64,000 bases of DNA, taken from a bacterium (lineage in GTDB: Bacteria; Patescibacteriota; Minisyncoccia; Phycocordibacterales; Phycocordibacteraceae). Positions 44,941 through 53,318 of this stretch are shown in pieces. Both the position numbers and the translations under genes were made by a program. The first letter of the stretch is position 1; every line of letters starts with the position of its first letter. The stretch spans positions 18,392 to 82,391 of the forward strand of contig JAJZTG010000001.1 in the NCBI GenBank assembly GCA_021849125.1, given 5' to 3'. The notes beneath the pieces are model-generated. The model was not told where the DNA came from, searched no databases, and was given only the letters and a program-made list of their open reading frames with translations.

Positions 44941-46857
44941 TTATGCCACACTCTCCTTATGCTGATTAAGTGGAAGAGCCAGATAGAAGGTCGTTCCCTT
45001 CCCTTCTTCTGATTCGAACCAGACAGAACCCTTCATGAGCGCAGTCATCTTATTCACGATGTAAAGGCCGAGACCGTTACCGTCTGGATCAGCCGTTTTT
45101 GCATTATCGGCACGGAAGAAACGGGTAAATATCTTTTCTTGATCCTTTTGAGGAATGCCGATGCCCGAGTCTTGCACGGTAATCACCATCGACTCTTCGG
45201 ATACCTCCCTCCCTCCTACCGAGCTCCCCGCCGCCGCATGGGCGCAGGAAATATGTACACTGCCTTTCTCTGGTGTGTACTTGATCGCGTTAGAAATAAG
45301 GTTTTGCAGAATGATCTTTGCGATATCCGGATCGATGCTGAATGGCGATAGTCCGCTGCAGCTTTCCGAGACGTCGATCTGCTTATTCCGTATGCTTACC
45401 GCGAACTCCTCAAGCGTCTCCTGTCCGAGCTTTGCGAGATCCATCTTCACCGGATGCACCTTCATATCGCCAGTCTCAAGCCGGAGCACGTACAGGAAGG
45501 ACTTCAAGATATCGTTCATCTGCCTGGCGGCGGCATAGAGCTTCTCCACATAATCCTCCTGCTTCTTGCTCAGAGCGCCCGCGTCCCCTTCAAGAAGCAT
45601 CTCCAGATACCAGCTCATCGTCGTGATCGGCGTGCGCAACTGATGCGATGCGAGCGAGATGAATTCGCTTTTCGCTTGGTCGACCTCCTTGAGCTTGGTG
45701 ATGTCCTGTTCGACGCCGAGGAAGTACGCAACCTCTCCGTCAGGTCCTAAGATCGGCGAGATGTGAAGCTCGGCATCATACCGCCCTCCATCTTTCCGAC
45801 GATTGACAATCTGTCCCTCAAAGACCCGCTTCGCATGGATCGTAGCCCACATCTTCTGATAGAAGTCCTCGGACATCTGCCCGCCCCAGAGAGCCGGCGT
45901 CTTGCCGATGATTTCCTCCCGCGGGAAGCCGGTAAAGTGCTCCGCATTCTTATTCACGAAAATGATCTTTCCTGCCGGGTCGGTAAGCATGATGAGATCG
46001 GAAGCTGAGTCCACTGCCATCTTGAATTTCTTGAGTTCCTCGGCGCTTTTACGGAGAGCCTCTTCCGCTTTGACTTTCTGGGTGACATCCTCGACCGTAG
46101 ACATAGCGCCGATAACCATGCCGTCCTTATCCCGAAGCGGCGTATTGGTCCAGTCGCAAAGGATCGTCCGCCCGTCCTTGGTGATATTTTCGTTCAGACT
46201 GTTTGCCGTCGACTCGTCCCCTTGCAGGAGCTTGTGCCAGACGATTTCGACTTGGGGCTGCACTGCCGTAGGAACGATCGTGCCGTAGGGGTGCTTCCCT
46301 TTCATCTCCCCGAAAGAGAAGCCGAATATCTTTTCCGCTGCCGCGTTCCAGGTTACGACCTTGAAATCCTTGTCCCATACGACATGCCCGATGGGCAGAC
46401 GGGAAATCTCGAGTTCCAGCCGCTCTTCGCTCCGGCGCACAGCCTCTTCGCTTTCCTTGCGTTCGGTCACATCTCGGAAGGTACCAAGAAGATACTGCTT
46501 CCCCCCGAGTACGATCAGGGATGAATTGATATCCGCGTAAAATATGCGCCCGTCTTTTCGGAGTACCGGGATATCCCTCGCTATGCGTATCTCCCTACGC
46601 GCCTGCTTCTCGAACTCTTCAAGGACATGCGGCAAGGCGTCGGACGGATGGATGTCCGTCACGCCCATGCTACGAAGCTCCGCTTCACTATAGCCGAGCA
46701 TCTGAGAGAAAGCCTCGTTGACTGCGAGGAATCTCTTCGTCTCTACGTCCGCAAACGCAAGCCCGTCAAGCAAGCTGTCAAAGAGCAGTTTGAACTCCTT
46801 GTCTTCGGTGAAGCTCCCTTCGGGAAGACCCTGCTTTCGTCTGAAGGAGAACGTCAT
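44941..46857 (-). CDS. multi-PAS sensor histidine kinase (cytoplasmic)
   Basis: At least 3-4 PAS/PAC modules, HisKA (LASHQLRTPITTMSWYLEML) and a HATPase_c domain (NLISNAIKYTPEKGSV...DSGIGIP...GLGLYIV). No TM helix is evident. Confidence 0.88.
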   Translation of the reverse strand: MTFSFRRKQGLPEGSFTEDKEFKLLFDSLLDGLAFADVETKRFLAVNEAFSQMLGYSEAELRSMGVTDIHPSDALPHVLEEFEKQARREIRIARDIPVLRKDGRIFYADINSSLIVLGGKQYLLGTFRDVTERKESEEAVRRSEERLELEISRLPIGHVVWDKDFKVVTWNAAAEKIFGFSFGEMKGKHPYGTIVPTAVQPQVEIVWHKLLQGDESTANSLNENITKDGRTILCDWTNTPLRDKDGMVIGAMSTVEDVTQKVKAEEALRKSAEELKKFKMAVDSASDLIMLTDPAGKIIFVNKNAEHFTGFPREEIIGKTPALWGGQMSEDFYQKMWATIHAKRVFEGQIVNRRKDGGRYDAELHISPILGPDGEVAYFLGVEQDITKLKEVDQAKSEFISLASHQLRTPITTMSWYLEMLLEGDAGALSKKQEDYVEKLYAAARQMNDILKSFLYVLRLETGDMKVHPVKMDLAKLGQETLEEFAVSIRNKQIDVSESCSGLSPFSIDPDIAKIILQNLISNAIKYTPEKGSVHISCAHAAAGSSVGGREVSEESMVITVQDSGIGIPQKDQEKIFTRFFRADNAKTADPDGNGLGLYIVNKMTALMKGSVWFESEEGKGTTFYLALPLNQHKESVA

Positions 46858-46866
46858 ATACGGCGG

Positions 46867-47238
46867 TTATTTCGACCGGATGAGCGCTTCTTTGATCTTC
46901 TCGATGATCTCGTTGATAGGATGCTCCGCCTTGACGTAGTAGTCCGTAGCGCCGAGCTCCATCGCGTGCTTGATATCGCTCTCCTCGCCGAGGTTCGACA
47001 CGACGACGACCGGCACAAGCTTGAGCTCTTCATCGGCTTTCAAGGTTTTCAGGACCTCGAAGCCGCTCTTCTTCGGCAGTAAGAGGTCGAGGACGATGAC
47101 ATCGGGCACGAGTTCGCGTGCCGCAACGATAGCACGCTCGCCATCGGAAGCGATGACGACATCGTCACCTGTCCGTTCGAGCTTTTCTTGGATAACCTTC
47201 GCGAGCACCTCCTCATCTTCTACGATCAATATCTTCAT
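46867..47238 (-). CDS. single-domain response regulator (CheY-like receiver)
   Basis: MKILIVEDEEVLAKV...DVIVLDLLLPKKSGFEVL...VVSNLGE...K receiver with conserved D/D/T/K; no output domain. Confidence 0.88.
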   Translation of the reverse strand: MKILIVEDEEVLAKVIQEKLERTGDDVVIASDGERAIVAARELVPDVIVLDLLLPKKSGFEVLKTLKADEELKLVPVVVVSNLGEESDIKHAMELGATDYYVKAEHPINEIIEKIKEALIRSK

Positions 47239-47272
47239 ATGTGATTACTATTACCAGCTAACGATCTCGGAG

Positions 47273-48733
47273 TCATTCGATCTCTTCGATATTCTCCACT
47301 GCGTACTTCCCGAACTTCTCCGCGGTTCCTCTGATATGCAGCAAGAGCGACTTTACCTCTTCCAGGTCTTTCTTATGAAGCGTATCTTCCTCGCATTTCT
47401 CAAGGATAGTGGTTATATCCTTCTGTACCAAGCCGGAGACTGCCGTGATGTCTCGCGCAGCGATCACGACCTGGCGGCGGCGGCGCTTGATGCCGAGCCG
47501 GTCGAGATAACGACCGAAAAGGATACCGCCTGCGAGCGCCACGACGAGCACCATGAAGAGCCAGAACTGCGTCACGCGGAAACCTCCGATGACCAGCACA
47601 GGCGGCGCGAGGATCTCAATCGACAGGCGTGCCTCCGTCGTATTCCCGGCATTATCTACTGCCTGGACAAGAACCTTTTTCGTCCCAAAAGTCTGCTGAG
47701 GGAGCACGTAGTGGTGCTCAACTGCAGTGCTTGTCGTCGCCAGTTCCCCATCAACAAAGATCTTGAAAAGAGCGATGCCTGAAGGTTGATCTTTCGCGGA
47801 GAAAGTAATAGCAGGTGCCACGTCTTCGGTTTTAAGCCCGTCCAAGGATTCGACGAGAAGATTGATGGGTGGTGCCGTATCAATACCGATACGATAATGC
47901 GCGGCCGTACCCCACCCGAGCGCATTCCTAAAGCGCACATGCAAATACCAGATACCGTCATCGAGCGGTGCAAAGGTCTGATTGTCGAAGAGACCCTCCG
48001 ACTCGGTCGGGTTAAAGCTCGGCTGCCGGTTGACCGCCGTGGCGACAGCCGTCACGTCATTTGGCAGATCCCACTGCGCGAGAAATTTCGAGTTATGCGC
48101 GTACCATCCGGTTGGATCCGGATAGAGAGGCACTGACACTTTCGGCTTGGCCGGCAGCGCCCCGCTCGGGACCGCTGGACGCACAATTTGCGGCGGTTTG
48201 ATGAGGGCGGCGTCTTGCTTCGTGATGCTCGTGAGCTCAAGACCGTTCATCGCGGAAAGCACGTTGGTACCGCTTCCGTCGCTTGCCGTGACTGCTCCGT
48301 CAGAAAAGACCAGCCGGACGGCTCCAGCCCCCTTCACCTTGAAGGCGATGCGTAGGATTTCGAGATCCTGCCCGGAAACGCCGTTTTGAGCACCTCCGAT
48401 GAAGCTCACTTTCCCGGTATCGTTCGAATATTCCGGCCCTTGGAGCCAGAAACTGAAGACGGACGTACTCCTGTCGAGACTCGTGACCTGAAGGATATCT
48501 CTCGGGTACGAAAGGGTCGCTTGCGCCGCATTCACGCCCACGTCTGCGCTTCTGAGCTTGATGTCGACCGTGAACGTATCCCCGATGACGAACGTCTCCT
48601 TGCTCGTCGAGAGGTCGAGCGTTGCCGCGTGCGCCATCATCGGAAGCGCGAGCGAGAGGGCTGCGATCCCGATTCCGGAAAGCAGTGCCCGATACTTGAT
48701 GAGCGAGGTCTGGAAGAAAGGGTGCGTGTTCAT
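47273..48733 (-). CDS. cell-surface protein with N-terminal signal peptide, cohesin-like domain, second beta-rich domain, C-terminal TM anchor and about 75-aa cytoplasmic tail
   Basis: Signal peptide ...ALPMMAHA. The about 130-aa segment ATLDLSTSKETFVIGDTFTVDIKLRSADVGVNAAQATLSYPRDILQVTSL...GKVSFIGGAQNGVSGQDLEILRIAFKVKGAGAVRLVF follows the cohesin-domain consensus: GDTVxVxV, xAxFxLxYDPxxLxV and the block FAKVxFKVK. TM helix FWLFMVLVVALAGGILFG followed by KRRRRQ. Confidence 0.6.
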   Translation of the reverse strand: MNTHPFFQTSLIKYRALLSGIGIAALSLALPMMAHAATLDLSTSKETFVIGDTFTVDIKLRSADVGVNAAQATLSYPRDILQVTSLDRSTSVFSFWLQGPEYSNDTGKVSFIGGAQNGVSGQDLEILRIAFKVKGAGAVRLVFSDGAVTASDGSGTNVLSAMNGLELTSITKQDAALIKPPQIVRPAVPSGALPAKPKVSVPLYPDPTGWYAHNSKFLAQWDLPNDVTAVATAVNRQPSFNPTESEGLFDNQTFAPLDDGIWYLHVRFRNALGWGTAAHYRIGIDTAPPINLLVESLDGLKTEDVAPAITFSAKDQPSGIALFKIFVDGELATTSTAVEHHYVLPQQTFGTKKVLVQAVDNAGNTTEARLSIEILAPPVLVIGGFRVTQFWLFMVLVVALAGGILFGRYLDRLGIKRRRRQVVIAARDITAVSGLVQKDITTILEKCEEDTLHKKDLEEVKSLLLHIRGTAEKFGKYAVENIEEIE

Positions 48734-48742
48734 GCGAATCGA

Positions 48743-51700
48743 TTATTTCTTAAGCGTACGGACAAAGATGCTCAGATCAGTGACATCGAGCACGCCATCG
48801 CCGTTCAAGTCATCGAGCATGCGGGTTGCAGCGACTGAAGACGACCAGCGCGCGAGGAATACGCTCCAATCCTGGACATTGATCACACCATCCTGATTGA
48901 AATCGGTCTGCGGCGTAAAGAGTGTTGAGACTTCGAATACTTTCTGCGGAGAGTAGTCGCTTGTTGCACCCGCGGTAACCTGAAGAACACGTACCGTATG
49001 GCTGCCAAGCGAAAGATCAGCAGTCGGGAACAAGAGCTTGTAAGAACCATCCTTTGCCGCTACTGCTTTCCCAGCAAGCGTCACGCCGTCTACCTGCGCT
49101 TCGACGGAAGCGCCGGGAGTCGCCATGCCGACGAACCCGACAAAATCACCTTTGCGGACAACCGGACTCACGAGGCCTAATGTCGGTGACAAGAGCGTGG
49201 CACTCAAGGTCAAAAGCGCGTTTGGGTTTGCGTAGTTTACGGAAAAGACTTTCGTCTGCGTGACTCTACCGAGCGAATCCACACCGACGATACCGTACGC
49301 ACTCGCACCAGTCGCGATATTGCTTAAGGTCGTCGAGAAAGCGCCTCCGGATGAAGCGACGATTTCAGCTTGACGTGCCGACTCTTGCGGCGTTACGGCG
49401 AGCATCTGCACTCGAGCGCCCGGGAAAGCTTGTCCTGAGATACGAGTACCTGCGATCGGCTTTACGGCACCAAGGCCCGCACCACCGCCGATCGGCGCAA
49501 CCGGCGTCGCTGAGAAGAGGAGCGATCCAGTCGACGAGACATCGAGGCCGGTACCCTCGCTATCAGTGAGCGAAAGGGTCACCGTCTCGGCAACCATGTC
49601 GTTCAGGGTAAGCGTTCCGACGCCGTTCACGATATTCACGAGACCGGCACCCGTTGCCGAACCGGTCACGTGCAGCGTCACGTCGTTCTCGTACGTCGTA
49701 TCGATGTTGCCCGCATCATCGGTGGCTTCGACGGTTACGGTTGCCGGCGTACCGATCTGTACCGGCCCTGCCGGCAGGATGACGAAACGTGTCGCAACGA
49801 TCGGAAGCGGACTCACGGTCACCTCATCTGTCGCGTCGACGATACCGACCGCACCGTTAGGGCCGGATGACGAATCAGAAGCCGTGACCGTCCAGGTGCC
49901 GGCTTTCTCGTCGTAATACCAGAAGTTCGTGGTCGATTGGCCATCATTTACTGTGGCAACGGTTATGGGAATGCCGCCCATCGCGGCATCGTAGAATTTT
50001 GCGGCGCTGCCGGTCGAAGAAGTGTAAAGGTACGCGAGCGTGACACCGGAGGTTACGAGATTGCCGTACTCATCCTTGCGCGCGAGGGTGTACCCGAGAC
50101 GCGTACCCGCCGTCATATCGCCAGGGTCGTTCAAAGTGAACGCGCTCACCGCAGCAGGCGTCACCGTGAGAGCATCGCTCGCGTCGGCGATACCAGCGGC
50201 CCCATCCGGCGCCGATGCATTATCGGAAGCCGTGATGTACCAATCCCCCGCTTTCTCGTCATAGGCCCAGAAAGTTCCCGAGGAGTCTCCATCAGCGATA
50301 GTGAGCGACGTGATAGCGCTACCGCCGCTTGCGGCGTCATAGAACTTCTTATGTGTGCCATCGGACGTGCTGTAAAGATACGCGGTCGTCGCGCCTGCGG
50401 TCACCAAATTGCCGTACTGATCCTTGCGCGTGAGAGTGTACCCGATGCGAAGTCCAGCGGCCGTGTCTCCCGGATTATCAAGCGTAAACTGAGCAACGGC
50501 GCCAGGCGCAAAAGCTACAGATCGCGTCGACGAGACGTTGAGTCCAGTACCTTCGGTATCGGAAAGCCCGAGATGGACCGTCTCTGCTGCCGTATCAGAA
50601 ATCGCAAGAGTGCCGACACCGTTTACGATATTCACGAGACCCGCTCCTGTCGCCGAGCCATCTGCGGTAAGCGTGACGTCTTGCGTATAACTCGTATCGA
50701 TATTCCCGCTACCATCCTGAGCTTCAACCGTTACCGTAACCGGTGCATCGACCGTACCATCGCTAGGCGGCAGAATAACGAAACGCGTCGCAACGATAGG
50801 CGCTGGATTTACGACGACCGAGTCTTCACCGTCAGCGATACCGACGATGCCATCCGGTGCGGAGGCGTTATCGGAAGCCGTGATCGTCCAGGTGCCGGCT
50901 TTCTCGTCGTAGTACCAGATATTCGCTGTCGCATTGCCAGCGACGATGGTGACAGAGGTCACGGGAGAACCCCCCGAAGATGCGAGATAGAATGCATGCG
51001 TCCCGCTCGACGAGCTGTAGAGATATGCGGTCGTTGCTCCCGAGGTTGCCAGGTTGCCGTACTGGTCCTTACGTGTAACCGTGTAGCCGAGACGGGTTCC
51101 GGCTGTCATGTTTCCAGGATCATTGAGGGTGAAGCCCGCGACTGCGGCAGGAGTCACGGTAAGCGAGTCGACCGCATCATTGAGACCCACGTTACCATCG
51201 GGCGCGGAGGCGTTATCGGAAGCCGTAATCGTCCAGGTACCGGCTTTCTCGTCGTAGTACCAGACAGTAACGGAGGATGCTCCGTTTGGGATCGTGATCG
51301 AGGTAATGTTGTTGCCTCCCGTCGCTGCATCATAGAATCTCTTATTCGTGCCTGTGGAGGAACTGTAGAGATAGACGATGTCCGTACCCGACGTGCGTGG
51401 ATTGCCATACTGATCGCTTCGCGTGACGGTGTAGGCCGCACGTTCACCTGCGGTGGCTGATGTCACGTCACTAATGGTGTACTGAGCGGTAACGCCTGAA
51501 CCGAACGTAAGCGGCTGTGTCGACGAGACATTGAGTCCAGTACCTTCGGTATCAGCCAAGGAGAGTGTAATTGTTTCTGCAACGGTATCTGAGATCGCGA
51601 TCGTGCCGACGCCATTGACCATCATGACCAGACCGCTGCCAGTAGCGGAACCCGTCGTATGCACCGTCACACCCTGTTGGTAATTCGTGTCGATACTGTC

Positions 51701-52687
51701 GTCTGCCTTTTCCGCTTTCACCGTCACCGTTACCGGCGCGTCGACCGTTCCGCTTCCAGGCGGTTCGATGACGAACTTCACCGCTTCAGGATTCACCGTG
51801 AAAGTGTTCGATACGCCCGCTTTCGTCCCGCCATGATCGACTGCCGTGATTGTCTTATTCGTACCTGCGCGCGAGACGGTCACCGACTCCGTACGAACGC
51901 CTCCGGCAAATGTCCCTGAGATAGCGGGAAGAATGGTGCCTGCATTGGTCGAGAGGTCGACGGTACCCGTATAGGACGTAATCGTGTTCTCATGCGCGTC
52001 CTTTGCGGTCATCGTTATCGAGAACGGGATAGCCGTCGTCTGCTGTCCGATAGCCGCGAAGGTAAAGTGATCAAACGCGCCGACAACTTCAGTGAGCGTA
52101 CCAAAATTCGTAACCCCATCGGTTACGCCTGAGATGACTGATGTACCGCTCTTGGTGATGTTGCCTGAAGCGAGTGGCGAACCCGCGGTCGGGCGCACGC
52201 GGACATTTTGCCAGGTGAGCGAATTCCGGACGCCGTTACTTGTTGAGGCAGTGACGGTGATGGTGAGCGTCGTGCTCGTTACACCCACCGCTATGGTCGA
52301 GCCGCTTGGGAGATCGTTGATGTTGCGGTTGTTATTGCCGCCACCGCCCGTGCGCGTCACAAGCACAGTCGGCGCGGTGCCACCCGTGTCGAACTGGAAT
52401 CCAGACGGGACATTCAAGATGATCGTGCCTGTGCCGATATCCCCGGTCGCTGCTTCCTCGATCACGGGACCGGTAAGGCTCGTATACGTGCCCCCTGTCG
52501 TGTCCGCAGAAATAGAACTGCCGCCCGTTGCGGAGGTAACTGTTACGGCTGCAAGTACGGTGGACGCACCGCTAAAAAACAGAAGTCCGACTAGAAGCGT
52601 CGAGAAAATAAACCGCACATGTTTTTGAGTGACAAATAGAGCATTGAGTTTCGAGGTAATGAGCATTGCTCTAATGATAGAGCACAA
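48743..52687 (-). CDS. giant (about 1300 aa) secreted tandem-repeat protein with Ig-like repeat modules and C-terminal dockerin
   Basis: N-terminal signal/TM. Alternating repeat types of about 110 aa each: type A (FTLNDPG.MTAGTRLGYT.TRKDQYGNL.TSG.T.AYLY.SS.G..KFYDAA.GG..IT...WYYDEKAGTWTITASDNASAPDG) occurs 4 times, and type B (VATRFVILP..GTVDAPVTVTVEA.D..GNIDT.Y..DVTL...GSATGAGLVNIVNGVGTL) occurs 3 or more times. C-terminus DFNQDGVINVQDWSVFLARW...DLNGDGVLDVTDLSIFVRTL is a duplicated type-I dockerin Ca-binding motif (DxNxDGxxNxxD). Confidence 0.85.
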   Translation of the reverse strand: MCSIIRAMLITSKLNALFVTQKHVRFIFSTLLVGLLFFSGASTVLAAVTVTSATGGSSISADTTGGTYTSLTGPVIEEAATGDIGTGTIILNVPSGFQFDTGGTAPTVLVTRTGGGGNNNRNINDLPSGSTIAVGVTSTTLTITVTASTSNGVRNSLTWQNVRVRPTAGSPLASGNITKSGTSVISGVTDGVTNFGTLTEVVGAFDHFTFAAIGQQTTAIPFSITMTAKDAHENTITSYTGTVDLSTNAGTILPAISGTFAGGVRTESVTVSRAGTNKTITAVDHGGTKAGVSNTFTVNPEAVKFVIEPPGSGTVDAPVTVTVKAEKADDSIDTNYQQGVTVHTTGSATGSGLVMMVNGVGTIAISDTVAETITLSLADTEGTGLNVSSTQPLTFGSGVTAQYTISDVTSATAGERAAYTVTRSDQYGNPRTSGTDIVYLYSSSTGTNKRFYDAATGGNNITSITIPNGASSVTVWYYDEKAGTWTITASDNASAPDGNVGLNDAVDSLTVTPAAVAGFTLNDPGNMTAGTRLGYTVTRKDQYGNLATSGATTAYLYSSSSGTHAFYLASSGGSPVTSVTIVAGNATANIWYYDEKAGTWTITASDNASAPDGIVGIADGEDSVVVNPAPIVATRFVILPPSDGTVDAPVTVTVEAQDGSGNIDTSYTQDVTLTADGSATGAGLVNIVNGVGTLAISDTAAETVHLGLSDTEGTGLNVSSTRSVAFAPGAVAQFTLDNPGDTAAGLRIGYTLTRKDQYGNLVTAGATTAYLYSTSDGTHKKFYDAASGGSAITSLTIADGDSSGTFWAYDEKAGDWYITASDNASAPDGAAGIADASDALTVTPAAVSAFTLNDPGDMTAGTRLGYTLARKDEYGNLVTSGVTLAYLYTSSTGSAAKFYDAAMGGIPITVATVNDGQSTTNFWYYDEKAGTWTVTASDSSSGPNGAVGIVDATDEVTVSPLPIVATRFVILPAGPVQIGTPATVTVEATDDAGNIDTTYENDVTLHVTGSATGAGLVNIVNGVGTLTLNDMVAETVTLSLTDSEGTGLDVSSTGSLLFSATPVAPIGGGAGLGAVKPIAGTRISGQAFPGARVQMLAVTPQESARQAEIVASSGGAFSTTLSNIATGASAYGIVGVDSLGRVTQTKVFSVNYANPNALLTLSATLLSPTLGLVSPVVRKGDFVGFVGMATPGASVEAQVDGVTLAGKAVAAKDGSYKLLFPTADLSLGSHTVRVLQVTAGATSDYSPQKVFEVSTLFTPQTDFNQDGVINVQDWSVFLARWSSSVAATRMLDDLNGDGVLDVTDLSIFVRTLKK
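49400..52000. repeat. nucleotide-level tandem repeats (about 330-350 nt units, imperfect) encoding the A/B protein modules
   Basis: The block gaagccgt.a.cgtccaggt.ccggctttctcgtcgtagtaccaga recurs near 49900, 50250, 50890 and 51215. This generates many spurious antisense ORFs in the track. Confidence 0.7.
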
Positions 52688-53210
52688 AAAGATTATCTCG
52701 TGGCATATTTATGATTTCGTGTGGATAGAAGCTCCATATAAACCAAAGATCTATTCATGTATACAGGCTCGCATGATACACGATTGGCTCCCGGTTCTAT
52801 ATCGAAGACTAAATCCGTAATCATCTTCTTCATCGATTTTTTTATTAAAGATCCCTATCTAGGGATTCTTTTGTCCTAACGACTTCCATTGAAGCTATCT
52901 TGGATATCCGAGACGAGATATTCAGTATTTATATAAGAGCAATAGGAAACCTTATTTTCTAATTTATCTATGTTCGCTTAAACAAGACAGACGAAAACCG
53001 CCCTAGAAGGGGCGGTTCCGCATTTGTGACCTCACGGGGACCGCGAGTACGCTTATCGATCCTTACAGGATCAGTGCACCTTGCGGATTTTCTGTTCGCT
53101 ATGCTTCAGAAAATGCTCGCAAGGCCTTCGATTCCCCGACGCAGTGTCTCCGAGACACTGCTTGAGGTCAAAACGCGAAAACCGCCCTAGAAGGGGCGGT
53201 TCCGCATTTG
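52688..53210. promoter_or_regulatory. AT-rich 0.5-kb upstream region of the giant-protein operon, containing repeats and tRNA-derived fragments
   Basis: GC drops to about 35-40% over 52700-52990, with multiple TATA-like and T-rich tracts. Likely carries the operon promoter, but no -35/-10 can be assigned confidently. Confidence 0.4.
52992..53040. repeat. 49-nt direct repeat copy 1 (terminator hairpin + tRNA-Glu 3' end), identical to 53176-53224
   Basis: cgaaaaccgccctagaaggggcggttccgcatttgtgacctcacgggga occurs twice; the second copy is the genuine 3' end of tRNA-Glu plus its downstream hairpin. Confidence 0.85.
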
Positions 53211-53282
53211 TGACCTCACGGGGAATCGAACCCCGGTTTGATCCGTGAGAGGGATCTGTCCTAGCCGCTAGACGATGAGGCC
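53211..53282 (-). tRNA. tRNA-Glu (anticodon CTC), CCA not encoded
   Basis: On the minus strand: ggcctca tc gtct agcggcta ggac a gatcc ctCTCac ggatc aaac cgggg ttcgatt ccccg tgaggtc a. The cloverleaf is canonical, with a single G-U pair in the acceptor stem. Confidence 0.8.
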
Positions 53283-53318
53283 GTACTTGAGAATGTTACC
53301 AGATATCGTCAAGAAATG

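Noticed and set aside
49937-51460. Long plus-strand ORF (507 aa), and several other plus-strand ORFs between 48998 and 52628, lying inside the giant minus-strand gene
   Set aside because: They lie antisense to an uninterrupted 1,314-codon reading frame with clear protein-domain repeats. High GC and repeats suppress stop codons on the opposite strand, and their translations are Arg/Cys-rich nonsense.
48743-52687. CRISPR array suspected from regular nucleotide repeats
   Set aside because: Repeat units are about 330-350 nt, imperfect, and lie in an intact ORF encoding protein-domain repeats. No short direct repeats with unique spacers occur anywhere in the window, and there are no cas genes.
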